A DNA stretch of 64,000 nucleotides, taken from the NCBI GenBank assembly GCA_965603825.1, contig CBFDEM010000056.1, positions 682,001-746,000 on the forward strand, written 5' to 3'. This stretch comes from Blepharisma stoltei ATCC 30299. Taxonomy: Eukaryota; Protista; Ciliophora. A program made the position numbers and the translations under genes. The notes beneath the pieces are model-generated. The model was not told the DNA's origin. It saw only the letters and a program-made list of their open reading frames with translations, and searched no databases. Positions 1-12,481 of this stretch are shown here, piece after piece; within the stretch, counting starts at the first letter, position 1; the number at the start of each line of letters is the position of its first letter.

Positions 1-714
1 TTCGATTTCTGAGGAAGTTCTTGATTTGTTCATTTCTTCTTGGAAGTCCAAGGCAACATAGCAGAGCTTTTCTTTGATGTCTCTGACGATTTCTTTTTCA
101 GCAGAGTTTGTTAAGGAGTGTCCTCTTTCAGTCATGAGTCTCACAAGGTGCAGGGTCAAGTCACGACCAGCGACGTCAATTCTTTGAATTGCGTGAGGCA
201 GGGCGTAGCCTTCGTAGATTGGAACAACGTGAGTGACTCCGTCACCTGAATCTACGACCATACCAGTGGTTCTGCCAGAGCTGTACAGTGAAAGCACGGC
301 TTGAATGGCGACGTAAAAGGCTGGGACGTTGAAGGTTTCGAACATGATTTGGGTCATTTTTTCTCTGTTGTTCTTAGGGTTGAGTGGGGCTTCAGTGAGG
401 AGGACTGGGTGCTCGTCTGCTGGGACTCTGAGCTCGTTGAAGAAAGTGTGATGCCAAATCCTTTCCATGTCGTCCCAGTTGGTAACAATACCGTGCTCGA
501 TTGGGTACTTGAGATTGAGGACGCCTCTCTTGGCTTGTGCCTCGTCACCAATATATACTTCTTTTTGTTCTGTTCCTACGATGATTCCTGGCATTCTTGG
601 ACGACCGACAATACTTGGGAATACTGCTCTTGGAGCATCATCGCCGGCTATGCCAGCCTTGCACATTCCTGATCCGTTGTCAATGACGAGAGCTTGGACG
701 TTCTGATCCACCAT
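1..714 (-). CDS. ACT: Actin (conventional), 3' part runs off the window
   Basis: Minus-strand translation from ATG 714: [21 protein letters not shown]...[21 protein letters not shown]...[28 protein letters not shown]...[19 protein letters not shown]. Missing from the ORF track because no stop lies inside the window. Confidence 0.98.
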   Translation of the reverse strand, partial: MVDQNVQALVIDNGSGMCKAGIAGDDAPRAVFPSIVGRPRMPGIIVGTEQKEVYIGDEAQAKRGVLNLKYPIEHGIVTNWDDMERIWHHTFFNELRVPADEHPVLLTEAPLNPKNNREKMTQIMFETFNVPAFYVAIQAVLSLYSSGRTTGMVVDSGDGVTHVVPIYEGYALPHAIQRIDVAGRDLTLHLVRLMTERGHSLTNSAEKEIVRDIKEKLCYVALDFQEEMNKSRTSSEIE

Positions 715-1468
715 TTATAACCATCGATGAAGCATATTTGTAAAATTAAGCGAAAGCAGTTTAGAAAGTTGGGGAAGAATTAAAATGAAATGAAAATTTA
801 TTAGATACGACTAAGAAAAATATTCATGATTGCTCCAAAGCTATTTATTAAAACCTAGCAAAAGGTTATGAGACCACTTCAAATAATTTTGATTGAAATC
901 GAAATTAATAATTTACTTTTTAGTAAGGCAAACAGGGAACATTCCAGAAAAGTAGATGGATGAAAAACATGAACAAATACTCATAGAAAACTTAGATCAA
1001 GAGATAACTGAGGAGTGACTAGACGAGAAAATGAAATATTGAAGTGTTAAATTAATTTTCTCTACCATTTTGTTTAAAATTCATGTGAGAGTTTTAGGGT
1101 AAGATTATTTATAAGAATTAATGTATTAGAGAACCTGATAATTAACTTAAAAGCATGTTTAGTAATTATTATTCAATCCTGGGTAAATTCTTGAAATTGC
1201 TATTAAATAACATAAAATTGATGTATAAATCTGGAATTTCTAAGTCAGTCATTCAACATAATAAATTAATTAAACTATTGTTATTATATGAGCCTTCTTT
1301 TTCCTTGTGATTCATATTGAAATAAATTTGAATTGTATTATTTACAGCTGAGAGTACAGCAAAACGTTTTAAATAAAACCTGGATAGACTTGCTTTAAAA
1401 TCTTCTTTAGTTAGCTCTATTTAGAACTTATGAAGGCAATTATAAATAATTTCTGTTAGTTATATTAA

Positions 1469-2602
1469 CTAAAAGCATTTTTGATTTATAATACCAGTGC
1501 CCTTTTCAAAAAATTCATCTCTTGTAACCCAAAACTGATTCATACTTGACAAAGAGGCAAAAATGCTTCCACCAATTCAAGGATTGTGTGGTCTTGACTC
1601 TCTTCTGAAAAGCAATTGAACTCGCACATTAGGCGGCGCTTTTGCTTTTAATTCTTTACTAAGCCTATCATCAAATCCTGAAAATAGCGATGTGCACCCA
1701 CTTGTAATGATATTTTTTCATAAATCTTCTCTTATGTCGCTGTCGCTATTCATTATTGATGAATTAGTGACTTCATCAATTCCTCCAAATAAATTACTTG
1801 AATCCACTAAGAATGGTTTGAATAGCACTTCGGGAATCATATATCTCTCTCTCCCTAAGTTTATTTGGCTTCCATCAGGCATTATATAATCAGGGCTTAC
1901 TTCTGCTAAATTAATAGAGACTTCCGATTCAGATTGTAAATCCAATGATACATAGCAGAGCTTTTCTTTTATTTTTCTCAAGACTGCTTTATTATTCATC
2001 CATGGGGGAATCCTTTCCCTCAAAAATCGGCTTAATAATTTAGTTAAATCTAATCCTCCAATATCTATATGAGCAACATTTGATAAAGTATAGCCATCAT
2101 AAATTGGTACAGCATGAGTGGCTTGGTTTCCACAATGCACAACCAACCCAGTAGTTCTTCCACAACTATAGAGAGAAAGAACGGCCTGATTGACCACATA
2201 AAATGCAGGAATACTAAACTCTTCGAAAAAAATCTCAGCCATTCTTTCTCTTGCATCTTTTGGGTTAAGTGGTGGCTCAGTAATAAGAATAGGGAATTCA
2301 GCTGGATTAGCCTTTAATTCTTTTGAAAAGAGGTGGTGTCATATAGTTTTCATTTCATCCCAGCCCTGAATAATACCTTTTTCAAACGGACTTACTATTT
2401 TGTCTGATTCTCCAAGAAATAATGTTTCACTTCCTATATGAAAATTTTCGATTTTTTTCTCTGAAATATTATCAAAGCTCTCGGTGATTCCAATAACACT
2501 TGGAATTTCTATCTTTGGGAGATCGTCTCCTGAATAACCAGCTTTAATGGTGCATGAGCCATTGTCTATTACGATCCTCGAGTCAAAGCAATTGGCCATC
2601 AT
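1469..2602 (-). CDS. Divergent actin-like protein (377 aa, 3 TGA=Trp)
   Basis: One continuous frame: IDNGSCTIKAG, I[TGA 2339]HH, TEPPLNP, VPIYDGY, DL[TGA 1718], P[TGA 1577]IGGSI, ending QKCF-TAG. Two of the TGAs fall on conserved actin Trp positions. Confidence 0.93.
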
Positions 2603-3347
2603 TATTTAATCAAACATCAAGTTATTTCCATTAATTTAAATCAGGTATTATTATCAAATTTTTATTTGTCTAGCTTATAGAATTTCATAATATCCTAAAG
2701 GGAGAATAAGGATGGGTTAAAAAACCATTTATGACATTTATAAGGATCCTGGCTCAAAAAATAGGTATCCAATCGATAGTTCATATAAGAGATAGAATAT
2801 TGGATTCTTTAGAGCTAATAAGAATTATCATATTATAATAAAGTTATCTTAGTAAAATTTCAGCTTTTTATTTGTTTTTTTTTGTAATTTACTGACATTT
2901 TGTAAGAGTAATGCGCATTTATTAGCGAATTTCTTTTCTAATTATTTAATTAATCGAACAATTTGAGGGTTTGCATTTAGATGCCAATTGAATTTTAGTA
3001 TGCTGAAAGTAGATGCAGCTTTTTAGTTCACGTGTCAAAACCCAGTTTGCATATTAAAATATTATGCATACTCTCAATAGCTATGTCATTTTCAAGCTGA
3101 TTGATATTGATTATAAATTTAGACAGATTAATATATTTAGAAATATTGGTAGTGAAGATATTGGATTTTAAGCTTATAATATTAATATGGACAAATAAAT
3201 TATTGCTCTTAGCAAATATAATAAGCATATTTTAAATAAAAATATCTTATTTAACTTAACTATTGTTTATATCCTAAATATTTCTATCAAAAACTCATTT
3301 ATCAATAATTCTAAAAGAAATTTGGTTATATCAAATAAAGCTGAAAT

Positions 3348-4169
3348 TTAATTTCGAAATATATGACGCTTATTGGTCCTTCTCGATGTTGACGCTGGTG
3401 TTGCAACAAAATTTGTTAAAAACACCGAGTCCTGGCTCAATCTTGCCTCTCTAAAAGTTTTCATCCCATCTCTTCTTTCCAGCAGCTTTTTCATATGAGT
3501 AGTTTTTTTCTCAATCAGTCTTTCGGTTTTGGATTTTTCATCTTCTTTTTCATTTAGCTCATTTGCATAAGCATGCAGCACTTTTAGGCCTTTTTCTCTC
3601 ATATTTGGAGTTCCGCCAAGATAGGTCTGCAGCATTAGTTCTCTCCTTTTATTTGACATCAGCAGCTTAAAAGGCAAATCTTTATGCTCCTGATAAATGT
3701 TTCCACTGATCAAATCCTTGAAAAAATCAAGCAATAAGTTCTTTCCTTGCGTGCCCTTGGCAGTTTTTATTATTTGAAGGAATTCTTCGAATTCAATTAC
3801 CCCAGAACCATCAGTGTCCACTTTGGAAATTAATGATTTTACCTGGTCTTTCTTTTCTACAAGTCCCAAGGCCAGTAAAGGTTCAAAAAATTCACCAGAA
3901 CTGATAGCTCCTGACTTATCTGTGTCCAGCTCTCTAAAAAGTGTTCGTAGAGCTGCCCTTTCATTCCCATCGAAGTCAACGTAGACCCCTTTGCCCCTCC
4001 GTTTCATTCATTCTCTAGTTGTATAACGCCTTAATAAAATCTGATTTTCTTCATTGTGCAGCTTGTTGAGTCCTTTTGGATAATTCGACGAAAGCGTTGG
4101 CTTGTTCGAGACTCCAAAAGATTTTCTCTTGGAAATGTCAGAAAATGATATGGTCTTCGGTTCTCCCAT
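3348..4169 (-). CDS. EF-hand calcium-binding protein
   Basis: Two EF loops, DTDKSGAISSGE and DTDGSGVIEFEE. Frame extends 5' through TGA 4008-4010 to ATG 4169 (MGEPKTIS...). Confidence 0.85.
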
Positions 4170-4215
4170 TTAATTACCTATTAAAAGAATTTAAATCTTG
4201 AAATATCTATTATTC

Positions 4216-5901
4216 TTAAATTAGATCAGAAAAGGGATCTCTTGGGGCATTTCCTTTAGGCTGCTGAGTGCCAAACGGATTTGAAGCCTGAGGACTCGGC
4301 CCTCCAAATGGATTAGGAGCTGGGTTCGAGGTTTCGAAAGGATTAGCACTTCTTTGAGGTGCTGGCTGGGTGAATAAGTTGTCGAGTGAAGAGCCTGCAT
4401 TAACTGGATATCCCCCTTGATTTTTTGGTGGCCCATATGGGTTTGCGCCTGTTGAAGCTCTGTTGAAAGGATTATTTTTCTTGTCAGGAACAGCATTGCC
4501 GACTGGCTGAGAAAGAGGATCTAAGTTTGACTTGACAGCGGGCTGTCCTGTCTGCATGGCAGGGTTCATCATCATTCCAGTCATCATAGGGTTAACCATT
4601 GGGTTCATCATCATTCCAGTCATAAAAGGATTCATCATAGGGTTCATCATAGGATTCATCATCATTCCAGTCATCATAGGGTTCATCATTGGGTTCATCA
4701 TAGGGTTCATCATAGGATTCATCATAGCATTAGGATCATTCGGGTTTCCAGGATTTGTAGCGGGCTGATTGAACGCAGACATCACAAAATCGGCTTTTGG
4801 ATCAGTTTTCGTAGCTGATGGTGGAACAATTTCTTGGAATATTAAATCGTCGTCTTGCTTAGCAGGAACCTCTTGCTTAGACTGAGATGGGGGTGGCGGG
4901 TTTCTCTTCTTTTCTTCTTCAACTCTTTTATTATGCTGCCTTTCATATTCTTCTAGCATTCTGCGCTGCTCTTCTAACTCTGAAGGGGACATATGTAGAT
5001 CTTCCGGAATATCAGGCGCTTTTTCTGTCCCAGGTACATGCTCAGGCTGGTCAGAAATATATGACCTCATTGATGCTACAATCTCTCGAGGCCTGTTCAC
5101 AAAAGTTGGTGGGCTGAGCCCAGAAAATGGCAGATGGTGTGCAAGTTCAAAAAATTGGCTTAACATCCTTGTGCATGTTTCAAATCTTTTATAATGCTCC
5201 ATCGCAATTTCTGCCATCTGCCTATCCAGTGCGAAAAACCTATCAACCATTCTATCTAGTACCAAAGAAATAACTCTATAAAGAGGCGTAGCATCTTTTA
5301 ACACCAAAAAGGCTGCATTCTGGGTGACCCTCAGCTGATAGTTCCTAATTGCCTGGCTTAGACTTGGCCCTAATTTCACCAGATTTTGCAGCTCAGTCAA
5401 TAAATACCCAATTTCTTTGATCAAATCTGTGTCAGACATCTTTTCTATTGACTTATGCAAGTCAGTCTGCTGAACAAGCATGATTGAGCCTTTTCGTGAA
5501 TGGTTGAGTGCTTTGGATCTAATAAAAACGTAGTAGTCTTGGATTATTTGATTGTGAGCACTGCCACGCTCGCTTGGGTCATTAAAGTTTTGCATTGAAA
5601 TGTTCAGCTCTGCGAGACGTGCTGAGTAGCCTGTCCCTACTTGCTCAATCCCTCGGTGAAGGATTATGAAGGCTTTAAGCAGAGTTGCCCAGCTGCTGGT
5701 CAAGAGCTGTTGGGTCAGAAGCGAAAAAGCTACTTCTGGTGGAGTTTGCATGTTTTGGCCTTGAAGGGTCCATAGAACTGTTTGAACGTGCTTTTCTTTG
5801 GGAGGGTCGTTGTCGCCATGATAAGTTGCTTTGAGAAGAGATTTTTCATAAGTTGTTTTAGCTCCAAGGGCATGAAGCGATCTTTTTAAGTTGCCTGACA
5901 T
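4216..5901 (-). CDS. ANTH-domain clathrin assembly protein (AP180/CALM-like)
   Basis: LKATYHGDNDPPKEKHV and W..LLKAFIILHR ANTH motifs; disordered tail with NPF/DPF motifs. Confidence 0.9.
   Translation of the reverse strand: MSGNLKRSLHALGAKTTYEKSLLKATYHGDNDPPKEKHVQTVLWTLQGQNMQTPPEVAFSLLTQQLLTSSWATLLKAFIILHRGIEQVGTGYSARLAELNISMQNFNDPSERGSAHNQIIQDYYVFIRSKALNHSRKGSIMLVQQTDLHKSIEKMSDTDLIKEIGYLLTELQNLVKLGPSLSQAIRNYQLRVTQNAAFLVLKDATPLYRVISLVLDRMVDRFFALDRQMAEIAMEHYKRFETCTRMLSQFFELAHHLPFSGLSPPTFVNRPREIVASMRSYISDQPEHVPGTEKAPDIPEDLHMSPSELEEQRRMLEEYERQHNKRVEEEKKRNPPPPSQSKQEVPAKQDDDLIFQEIVPPSATKTDPKADFVMSAFNQPATNPGNPNDPNAMMNPMMNPMMNPMMNPMMTGMMMNPMMNPMMNPFMTGMMMNPMVNPMMTGMMMNPAMQTGQPAVKSNLDPLSQPVGNAVPDKKNNPFNRASTGANPYGPPKNQGGYPVNAGSSLDNLFTQPAPQRSANPFETSNPAPNPFGGPSPQASNPFGTQQPKGNAPRDPFSDLI
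4556..4731 (-). repeat. Coding tandem repeat (NPMM / NPMMTGMMM) in the ANTH protein tail
   Basis: 12-nt units such as cataggattcat and catagggttcat, interleaved with catcattccagt units. Confidence 0.9.
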
Positions 5902-6427
5902 TTTTTTGTCTATATTGAAGAAGTCTAAATTAAAAATCTCGAATTAAGAAAGCAGAAAATCAGAAAAGGCTTAAAGTAACTATAAAAAGAATTATTAGTC
6001 CTTAAATTTGAAAAAAGTATCAATATCTACATGTAAAGTAGAATTATGCTTTAAAGGATCTATTAAGAAAAATTTGAAATTCAAAAGAGGCAATAAATCT
6101 ATTCACGCAAAATTTAAATTATTTTAATCAAAATAAATTAGGGATAATATTTGCTACTAATAAATCCAGGTATAAGAAATTTGCATATTAAGTGAGAAGT
6201 TTCATATTGTAAGTTGCAAATCAAATTTTTGATGTATTCAGAATTAATTTTTTAAAAACTGCTCGGATTCCTTAATTTTAATTGAGACTAACAATACATG
6301 CACAATTTTCATAGGCTATCCAACTTAAAAGAAGGTACCAATGAGAATTTTTTCCTTAAATTTTAATAGTTTCTTGCAATTGAAAAACTCAGGTTTATAT
6401 ATAAATTATAAATATTATCGAATATTC

Positions 6428-6715
6428 TTATGTCAAATAGCTTGCTTGTCCTTCAGGAAGGAGAAAACCACAAGGGTTGTCATTTGTTAAGTCAGGAAGT
6501 GGCAAATCGTTATCTGCTTCATAAATGCTTGAAATAGCAGATTCACTTACTATTGACGGTAGTTTTCGAACTCTTCTGAGTTCTAGTGCTTGATTAATTT
6601 GGCTTGAAGCAGAAGTATTATTTGATTGGGCAAGTGGCGGGCGCTGCTGAGAATCATAATGTTCTGCTATTAGCAATTGGCTTGGCTCAGTATTGAGGCT
6701 GTTACAACAACCCAT
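6428..6715 (-). CDS. Small hypothetical protein with MGCC acylation-type N-terminus
   Basis: ORF from MGCCNS to TAA; GC content above the flanks. Confidence 0.6.
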   Translation of the reverse strand: MGCCNSLNTEPSQLLIAEHYDSQQRPPLAQSNNTSASSQINQALELRRVRKLPSIVSESAISSIYEADNDLPLPDLTNDNPCGFLLPEGQASYLT

Positions 6716-7050
6716 TAAATTATGTATAATCATTTGCTTTCGTCATATTCATGCAAATTTATGGTCATCAGTATGAAAATAGTAAAAGCAGACATTTCTT
6801 ATTAATAAAATACCTTTAATTTAACACCTAATGCAACATAAGAAAACGTTTAACATTGATTTCAAATTAAGTCGTTCATTAATTGAGTTGATATTTATTA
6901 CTTCTATAATTCTTAATAAATAAACAATTTAGCAATATTGATATAAGATAAATAGATATTTTATTAGTATAAAATATCAATAATATATAGCAAAACATAT
7001 TTTTAAATTGTGCATTAACTGCGCAAAAGCAGATTATAAATAAAATAGGC

Positions 7051-7070
7051 TGATTGATTGATTGATTGAT
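7051..7070. repeat. (TGAT)5 microsatellite, intergenic
   Basis: tgattgattgattgattgat. Confidence 0.8.
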
Positions 7071-7561
7071 TTAAATGAATAATACAAGTATCTCCTTAGC
7101 TTTGAACCAATAAATAAAATAGGTAATGCATAAATTTTGCTTTAATAAGCTTAAAGCAAGTAGAATTATTCAGAGAAAATATTATAAAATTTAATGTTCA
7201 TAAGATGAAGCAAACTCTATAAGTTTTTAAGCAAGCCCTCTTAGTATCCATAAATTATTATTTATAGAAATTGAAATTTTTGCTAATTTATATCATCAAT
7301 TTAAATAAAATAATTATGATTATATCTATACACATTCTTTAACTTCAATTTAAATATTCCGCAATTTTTGTGCTATAAATTTATGCATTATAATTTGAAA
7401 AGAATGCTTATTAATTCTTATTATAACATCAACAATTTATTTGTAAATCTCTTTGCATCTGCATAATTTCAGGTCTAATTATATTCATTAAGAAGCCCTA
7501 CCTAATTTTTCTTCCCCTCTAGGCACTTTAATTAGCAGCCATTTTCCAAATTTATATTAAA

Positions 7562-8023
7562 ATGCTTCGTAGGACAATATTAAAAGCCTTACCAAAAAGA
7601 AGCGGCGGACATGCACATCCTGACTTTCCTTTCTTAGGCAATTACAAGCACAAGAGAATTATCAGCATTTATGAAACCAATCTTTGGATTTATGATGGTG
7701 TTCAGCCTGAATATTTAGTTGACTTTTGGAATCCTCATATCACTGGGCCTGTGCTTGCTTTCAGATGTTTCATGTTTACTATTGCCATTCCTTTAGCAGT
7801 GATGTACCTTACAGTTCAAGTGGTTTACCCATTCTTTACCAAACCTTATAGAAGCTTCGCTTGGGACAATCCAAACTCAAATGTCAAAAAATTCCACAAT
7901 AAAATAGTGAACGAAAGAGTTTTCCAGAAGAAAAACCCACTAGGGCTTGTGAACGTCCCTGATTATCCTACTGAAGGATGGGTTGCAAATGAACACCCAG
8001 CTTACAGGAAGTTTAAAGTCTAA
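7562..8023 (+). CDS. Mitochondrial protein, probable complex I NDUFB8-like subunit
   Basis: Arg-rich presequence ending RSGGHAH; LWIYDGVQPEYLVDFWNPHI followed by one TM helix resembles protist/plant NDUFB8 (recalled motif). Confidence 0.6.
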   Translation: MLRRTILKALPKRSGGHAHPDFPFLGNYKHKRIISIYETNLWIYDGVQPEYLVDFWNPHITGPVLAFRCFMFTIAIPLAVMYLTVQVVYPFFTKPYRSFAWDNPNSNVKKFHNKIVNERVFQKKNPLGLVNVPDYPTEGWVANEHPAYRKFKV

Positions 8024-8059
8024 GCTAAATCCTTCGAGAAATATTAATTCATATCAATT

Positions 8060-8920
8060 TTAAGCGTTTTCTTCATGGTATTTATCAATTTGAGCTTTAA
8101 GTTCTTTTATTACAGCTTCTGCTCCTTTTCTCATCTTTTCTCTTTCAATACTTAAAAATGAGTCTGAGTCCAACTGTGGGATGTCATCCCAGCAGAAAAT
8201 CAAAACCCGGATTTCTTCCTCCATGTGGTCTATAACCTCATCTTCTGTCTTAGCATGAATATAGCTTGCTCGCCTGATTTTTACTAAATGTGGCCTATTG
8301 TTATCTTTTTGAATAATAGCTGAACCTTTGATTTCTCTTGAAGTTTCAGAAAACTTTTCAGCTCCGAAATTTCTAATTAAATGAGTTTCTATTTTTCCTC
8401 GGTCACCTTCTTTAAGAATAACATTTCTTATGCATTCTTTGTCGCAGTGCTTCATTTCTGATTTTTCTAAATCTTCAGATTCCTTTGCTCAGAGGCCTCT
8501 TGCGAATAGTCAGAAATCTCTGCAGTCTTTTGTTAATTTGTCTAATAAGACTCTCTTTTGTTCTTGGTTTAGCCCTTTGTCTTGCATGAGTGCAATATTT
8601 GAAATTAAAGAATCTGGCTCGATGATCCCTTGGAAGTCATCTTTTACGTTTGTTGAGAATTTGATAGTTAAATTAGGCAAATCATAAGATATTTTTTTAT
8701 CGTAATCAATGACTTTTTCATCCTGCAATGTAAAATCTCTGCCAAGCCAAGTTAGAGTAGACTCTGTTACTCGATTCTTCCCACTTTCTGTATTAACATC
8801 TTTAGTTTCTTTATCATAGAAGGCTTTAAATTTCATACTTTTTATTTTGACTTTACCTTGGCTCCCCCATGCAAAAAAAGTAGACATAGCGGCAGTTGCA
8901 GAACTTCCTCCGCATCCCAT
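8060..8920 (-). CDS. Hypothetical N-acylated protein (MGCGGS), 286 aa
   Basis: Two track ORFs share a frame and join through TGA 8510-8512; ends TAA. Confidence 0.75.
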
Positions 8921-9233
8921 TTTATAAAATGTTTAAAACTTTCATATTAATTTAACTAGAAATGTTTTAATTTTTAGGAATTTAATTCAAACATAATAAT
9001 AGGAAATTAATTTAGACATTAAGTTTGTTTTCTTCCATTAGTTATTGGTTTATCAGGTGGCTTAGCATAAAATCGTAACTTTGAACTAAAGATTACTTGA
9101 AGCACAAGCATTTGAAGTGTCACAAAAAGCAGCGAGTCCATTTTCTGATCCATCTCCAGATTTTTATAATTATAAGTTACCCCCCAATATTTTAGCTAGT
9201 AAAAAAATGAAATCAAAATAATACTGATATCAT

Positions 9234-10142
9234 ATGATACCCAACTTCAGTCCACCTTCAGAAAGAGAAAAATCTCAAGCTCTTGGCGCATTAGGTGGTT
9301 CTAACTTTTCAATTAGAAAAGCCTTAAGCAACCTTCAAAATGATTTTTCTCCTATTGAAACTCCATCTCCAGATGATTGACTTGCCCAAAACTTTGAGCC
9401 AGGCCAAACATACGAGCAGTTCAAACCTTATGCAAATATCCCTTCGAAAAATTCAAAAATCTATATACAGCCTTATGATAATATCATTTCACTTGAAACG
9501 ATAATTGTAACTAAAAAATATTGCAATGCATTTTTCCCTGGGGTTAAATTTATTATACGTCGACCGATTAATATTGAAGATTTGAACATAGAGCACAGAG
9601 AAGTAGAGTGAGGAAAGCAATTCAGTGCTTGTCAAATATTAAATAAAATGTATCAAATTGCTCCTCTTGATAGATTCGCAATAATTGGAGTCACAATGGC
9701 TGACATTTATAGTGGAGAAGCTTCCAATTTTGTGTTTGGATTAGCAAATGTGATAACAAAATCAGGAATTTTCTCATTTGCAAGGTACAGCCCAAGCTTT
9801 TACGGAGAAGAGTCTGAAAATGAAAATGAGATTATTATATATAGAGCAGTTAAAGTGATGATCCATGAAATTGGGCACATGTTTGGGCTGCTGCATTGCA
9901 TTTATTATAGCTGTATTATGAATGGGTCTAATCATATTGAAGAGAATGATAGAAAGCCTTTACATTTGTGCCCTATATGCTTGCGAAAACTCCATCACTG
10001 TTTGAATTTTAACCCAATAGAAAGATACCATAATTTAGAAAAATTTTGCAGAGAATTAGGTGGGAAATTTCTAGATCAAGCTGAGTGATATAGCAGCAGA
10101 GCATCCACAATAGAAAAATCATTGCCAAAATTAAGAAAATAA
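9234..10142 (+). CDS. Archaemetzincin (peptidase M54) zinc metalloprotease
   Basis: HEIGHMFGLLHC, CIMNGS and LCPICLRKL motifs; N-terminal PDD[TGA 9378]LAQNFEPGQTYEQF matches the family DWL..GQ motif; further TGA at 9609 and 10086; TAA 10140-10142. Confidence 0.92.
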
Positions 10143-10219
10143 ATCTTATTTATTTCACTTTATATAAATTCTTATCTTTTAGATGATTTCTTTGTCATCT
10201 GATTTATATCAATTGAAAA

Positions 10220-11014
10220 ATGTTCATCAAAGTTGTATATGGGTATAAGCAAGGCACTCTTTTCAACATCAACTGTCAAACTGGCCCACTTCTCGACGCT
10301 GTAAAGAAGCAGGCTTTCACAGACATTACTTCCCTCATTTCTTCAAAAATCACTTCTTTTACACAAGAAGTCGAAAACACGTCCAAGAAAATCGAGTCAA
10401 AACAAAAGAAGCTTTATAAGCTCGAAAACCCTCCTCCTGATGAAGAAGCAAAAACTCCAGCTGATAAAGCAATCCAAGGCCAAAAGTCAATAAAGGAAGA
10501 AAACAAATGTCCGCCAAGACAGGAAGAGTTTTTACTTATGTCTGAAAATACAAAAATTGAAGAAGCAAAAGCAAAAGCTAAACCAGCAGCAAAAAAAGGG
10601 AAAAAAGAAGAGGTAAAAGAGCTGTCTCCTGAAGAAATTAAGCAGCAGCAGTTGGAAGCACAAAAGGAAGAGCTGAGAGCTGGGATTTCTGAGCTTTCCA
10701 GGAAAAGAGATATCATGAATGAAAAGCTTAAAATGCTTAATATGTATCAGGAAAAATACCAAGGCCTGCCTGCTAATATTGATTTTGTTGATCCTGTAGG
10801 AGCTAGAAAATTTTTAGGTTCAAGAATTGAAGATAATGCATCAACAATATTAAATAATCGAACGATCTACCAGCTGAATGTTATTGATGCTGATAATAAT
10901 GCAGCTCCATATGACATTGATGGTTTTTGTATTAGAACTGTTGAAGAGGATGCTACTTATGTAGAAGAGCCAGATCCCAAAACTAAAGGAAAACAAAAAG
11001 GTAAAAAGAAATAA
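10220..11014 (+). CDS. Hypothetical coiled-coil protein; N-terminus resembles CXorf65/C22orf15-like proteins
   Basis: 264 aa ORF starting MFIKVVYG..TLFNINC..PLL; Lys/Glu-rich coil. The family resemblance is tentative. Confidence 0.7.
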   Translation: MFIKVVYGYKQGTLFNINCQTGPLLDAVKKQAFTDITSLISSKITSFTQEVENTSKKIESKQKKLYKLENPPPDEEAKTPADKAIQGQKSIKEENKCPPRQEEFLLMSENTKIEEAKAKAKPAAKKGKKEEVKELSPEEIKQQQLEAQKEELRAGISELSRKRDIMNEKLKMLNMYQEKYQGLPANIDFVDPVGARKFLGSRIEDNASTILNNRTIYQLNVIDADNNAAPYDIDGFCIRTVEEDATYVEEPDPKTKGKQKGKKK

Positions 11015-11247
11015 ATAATGATTACTACTATTAAGCACTTTTTATAGATATAGCAGATAGGCATTTATATTTTCCTGAAGTAATCCTATGCTAATTTTAC
11101 CAGTCAAATATTATAATGCAGAATGATTAATTGACTAGCAAAAGTTTATAAAGTTTAATTTATTGACTATGCTTTAAGCTTCTTATGCGGAATTTCGACA
11201 TAACTCTTTTTATATTGATGAGATTATAATTTAGATTCCTAAAATAT

Positions 11248-12453
11248 ATGGAGCCATTTAGGTCACCTGATCAACGTAGACTTTATGATAACAGTTACCC
11301 AGTGGTAGAAGACTCCAAACTTTCATATGAAAAATTGCAAAAATACCAACTTGCAAACCACCAGCCTGAAAATGAAGTGGAAATAACTCTGAGCAACCCA
11401 CTCATAAAAGATTCACTTTTAAAATATGTTGTCTATTCCATCAATGGGAAAGACAAAACAGGCACGTTTGAAGCTTACAGGCGATACAAAGATTTTGAAG
11501 CTTTGAGAACACTGCTGATTCGGCACTGGCCAGGCTGCGTGATTCCTAAAATCCCTCCAAAGCAGACTTTAGGAAACTTAGAAGGAGACTTCATCGAGCA
11601 ACGTCGGAAATTGCTTGAAGCTTTCTTGGTCAGGGTAGCAAATACTTCATATCTCCACCAATCCGAAGAGTTCCACATGTTTTTAAGAGGCCCAAATGAA
11701 TATCACAAAGCCATTGCAAATTTCAGAAGGCCAACATACGATCAGCTTGCTGCTACATATCAATCAATATTTCCAAGTTTTGCTGAGTTTCAAGTTACTG
11801 ATAGTATTCAAAAAGAATTAGAAGAAGCTTTTAAATATTTTCAACAAGGCCAAATCACATTGGAAATTTTCCATGGGAAAAGCAAAATGTGTGTCGACTA
11901 TTTTGGCTACTATAAAAATGAGCTTTTTGGAATGTTCCAAGGGCTTAAAGGGATTAATAGCCAGTATTTAGAGTCAAAAAATGAAATCCAATTTGATCTG
12001 TTGGAAAGTAAAGAAAACCCTTATGGGGAGTTATTAGATTGAATCAGAGTTGAAATCTTGGACATGGGGGGGATGGTTGAAGCTTTTAAAAAGAAAAAAG
12101 AATACGAAAGAATCAAAGAAAAAATTGCGGAGAGAATTGACGAAGAAAGAAAAAAGCTTCTAAATCTACAATTGGATAAGAAAACTGTTATGCAAATTCT
12201 TGTAAGAAAACCTAAAGAATACTACACTGATAAAATATCGAAAACAATCCAAGACTTGGAAACAGAGCTAAGGAGCATCAATACCATCAACAATATCATA
12301 GCAGGAAGGCTCATGCAAATTGAAATCCCCAGATTCAGAAAATCAAAAACAGTGGTTTATGAATCAGTAATCAGAAATCTCACAAGCTCAAGCAGCAATC
12401 AGCTAGAATTCATTATCGCTCAAACCAGAAAAGTTGAAGAGAGCCTAAATTAA
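11248..12453 (+). CDS. PX-domain sorting nexin-like protein
   Basis: YRRYKDF..LR and PGCVIPKIPPK...FIEQRRKLLE PX motifs; continues through TGA 12040 (LLDWIRVE) into a coiled-coil C-terminus; ends TAA. Confidence 0.9.
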
Positions 12454-12481
12454 TAACATTGTTATAAGTTTCTTCGTAAAT

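Noticed and set aside
301-706. Track ORFs 301-672, 354-551 and 467-706
   Set aside because: Antisense or off-frame shadows of the actin gene. The same applies to most short track ORFs overlapping called genes.
3028-3228. 66-aa minus-strand ORF
   Set aside because: Very AT-rich, Ile/Asn-biased and without motifs; likely spurious.
9020-9170. Slightly GC-richer patch with a short minus-strand ORF (MDQKMDSLLFV...)
   Set aside because: About 44 codons with no recognisable motif or convincing RNA structure; not supportable.
9234-10142. Archaemetzincin as a horizontal transfer from archaea
   Set aside because: The family is widespread in eukaryotes, and this gene uses the host TGA=Trp code and composition.
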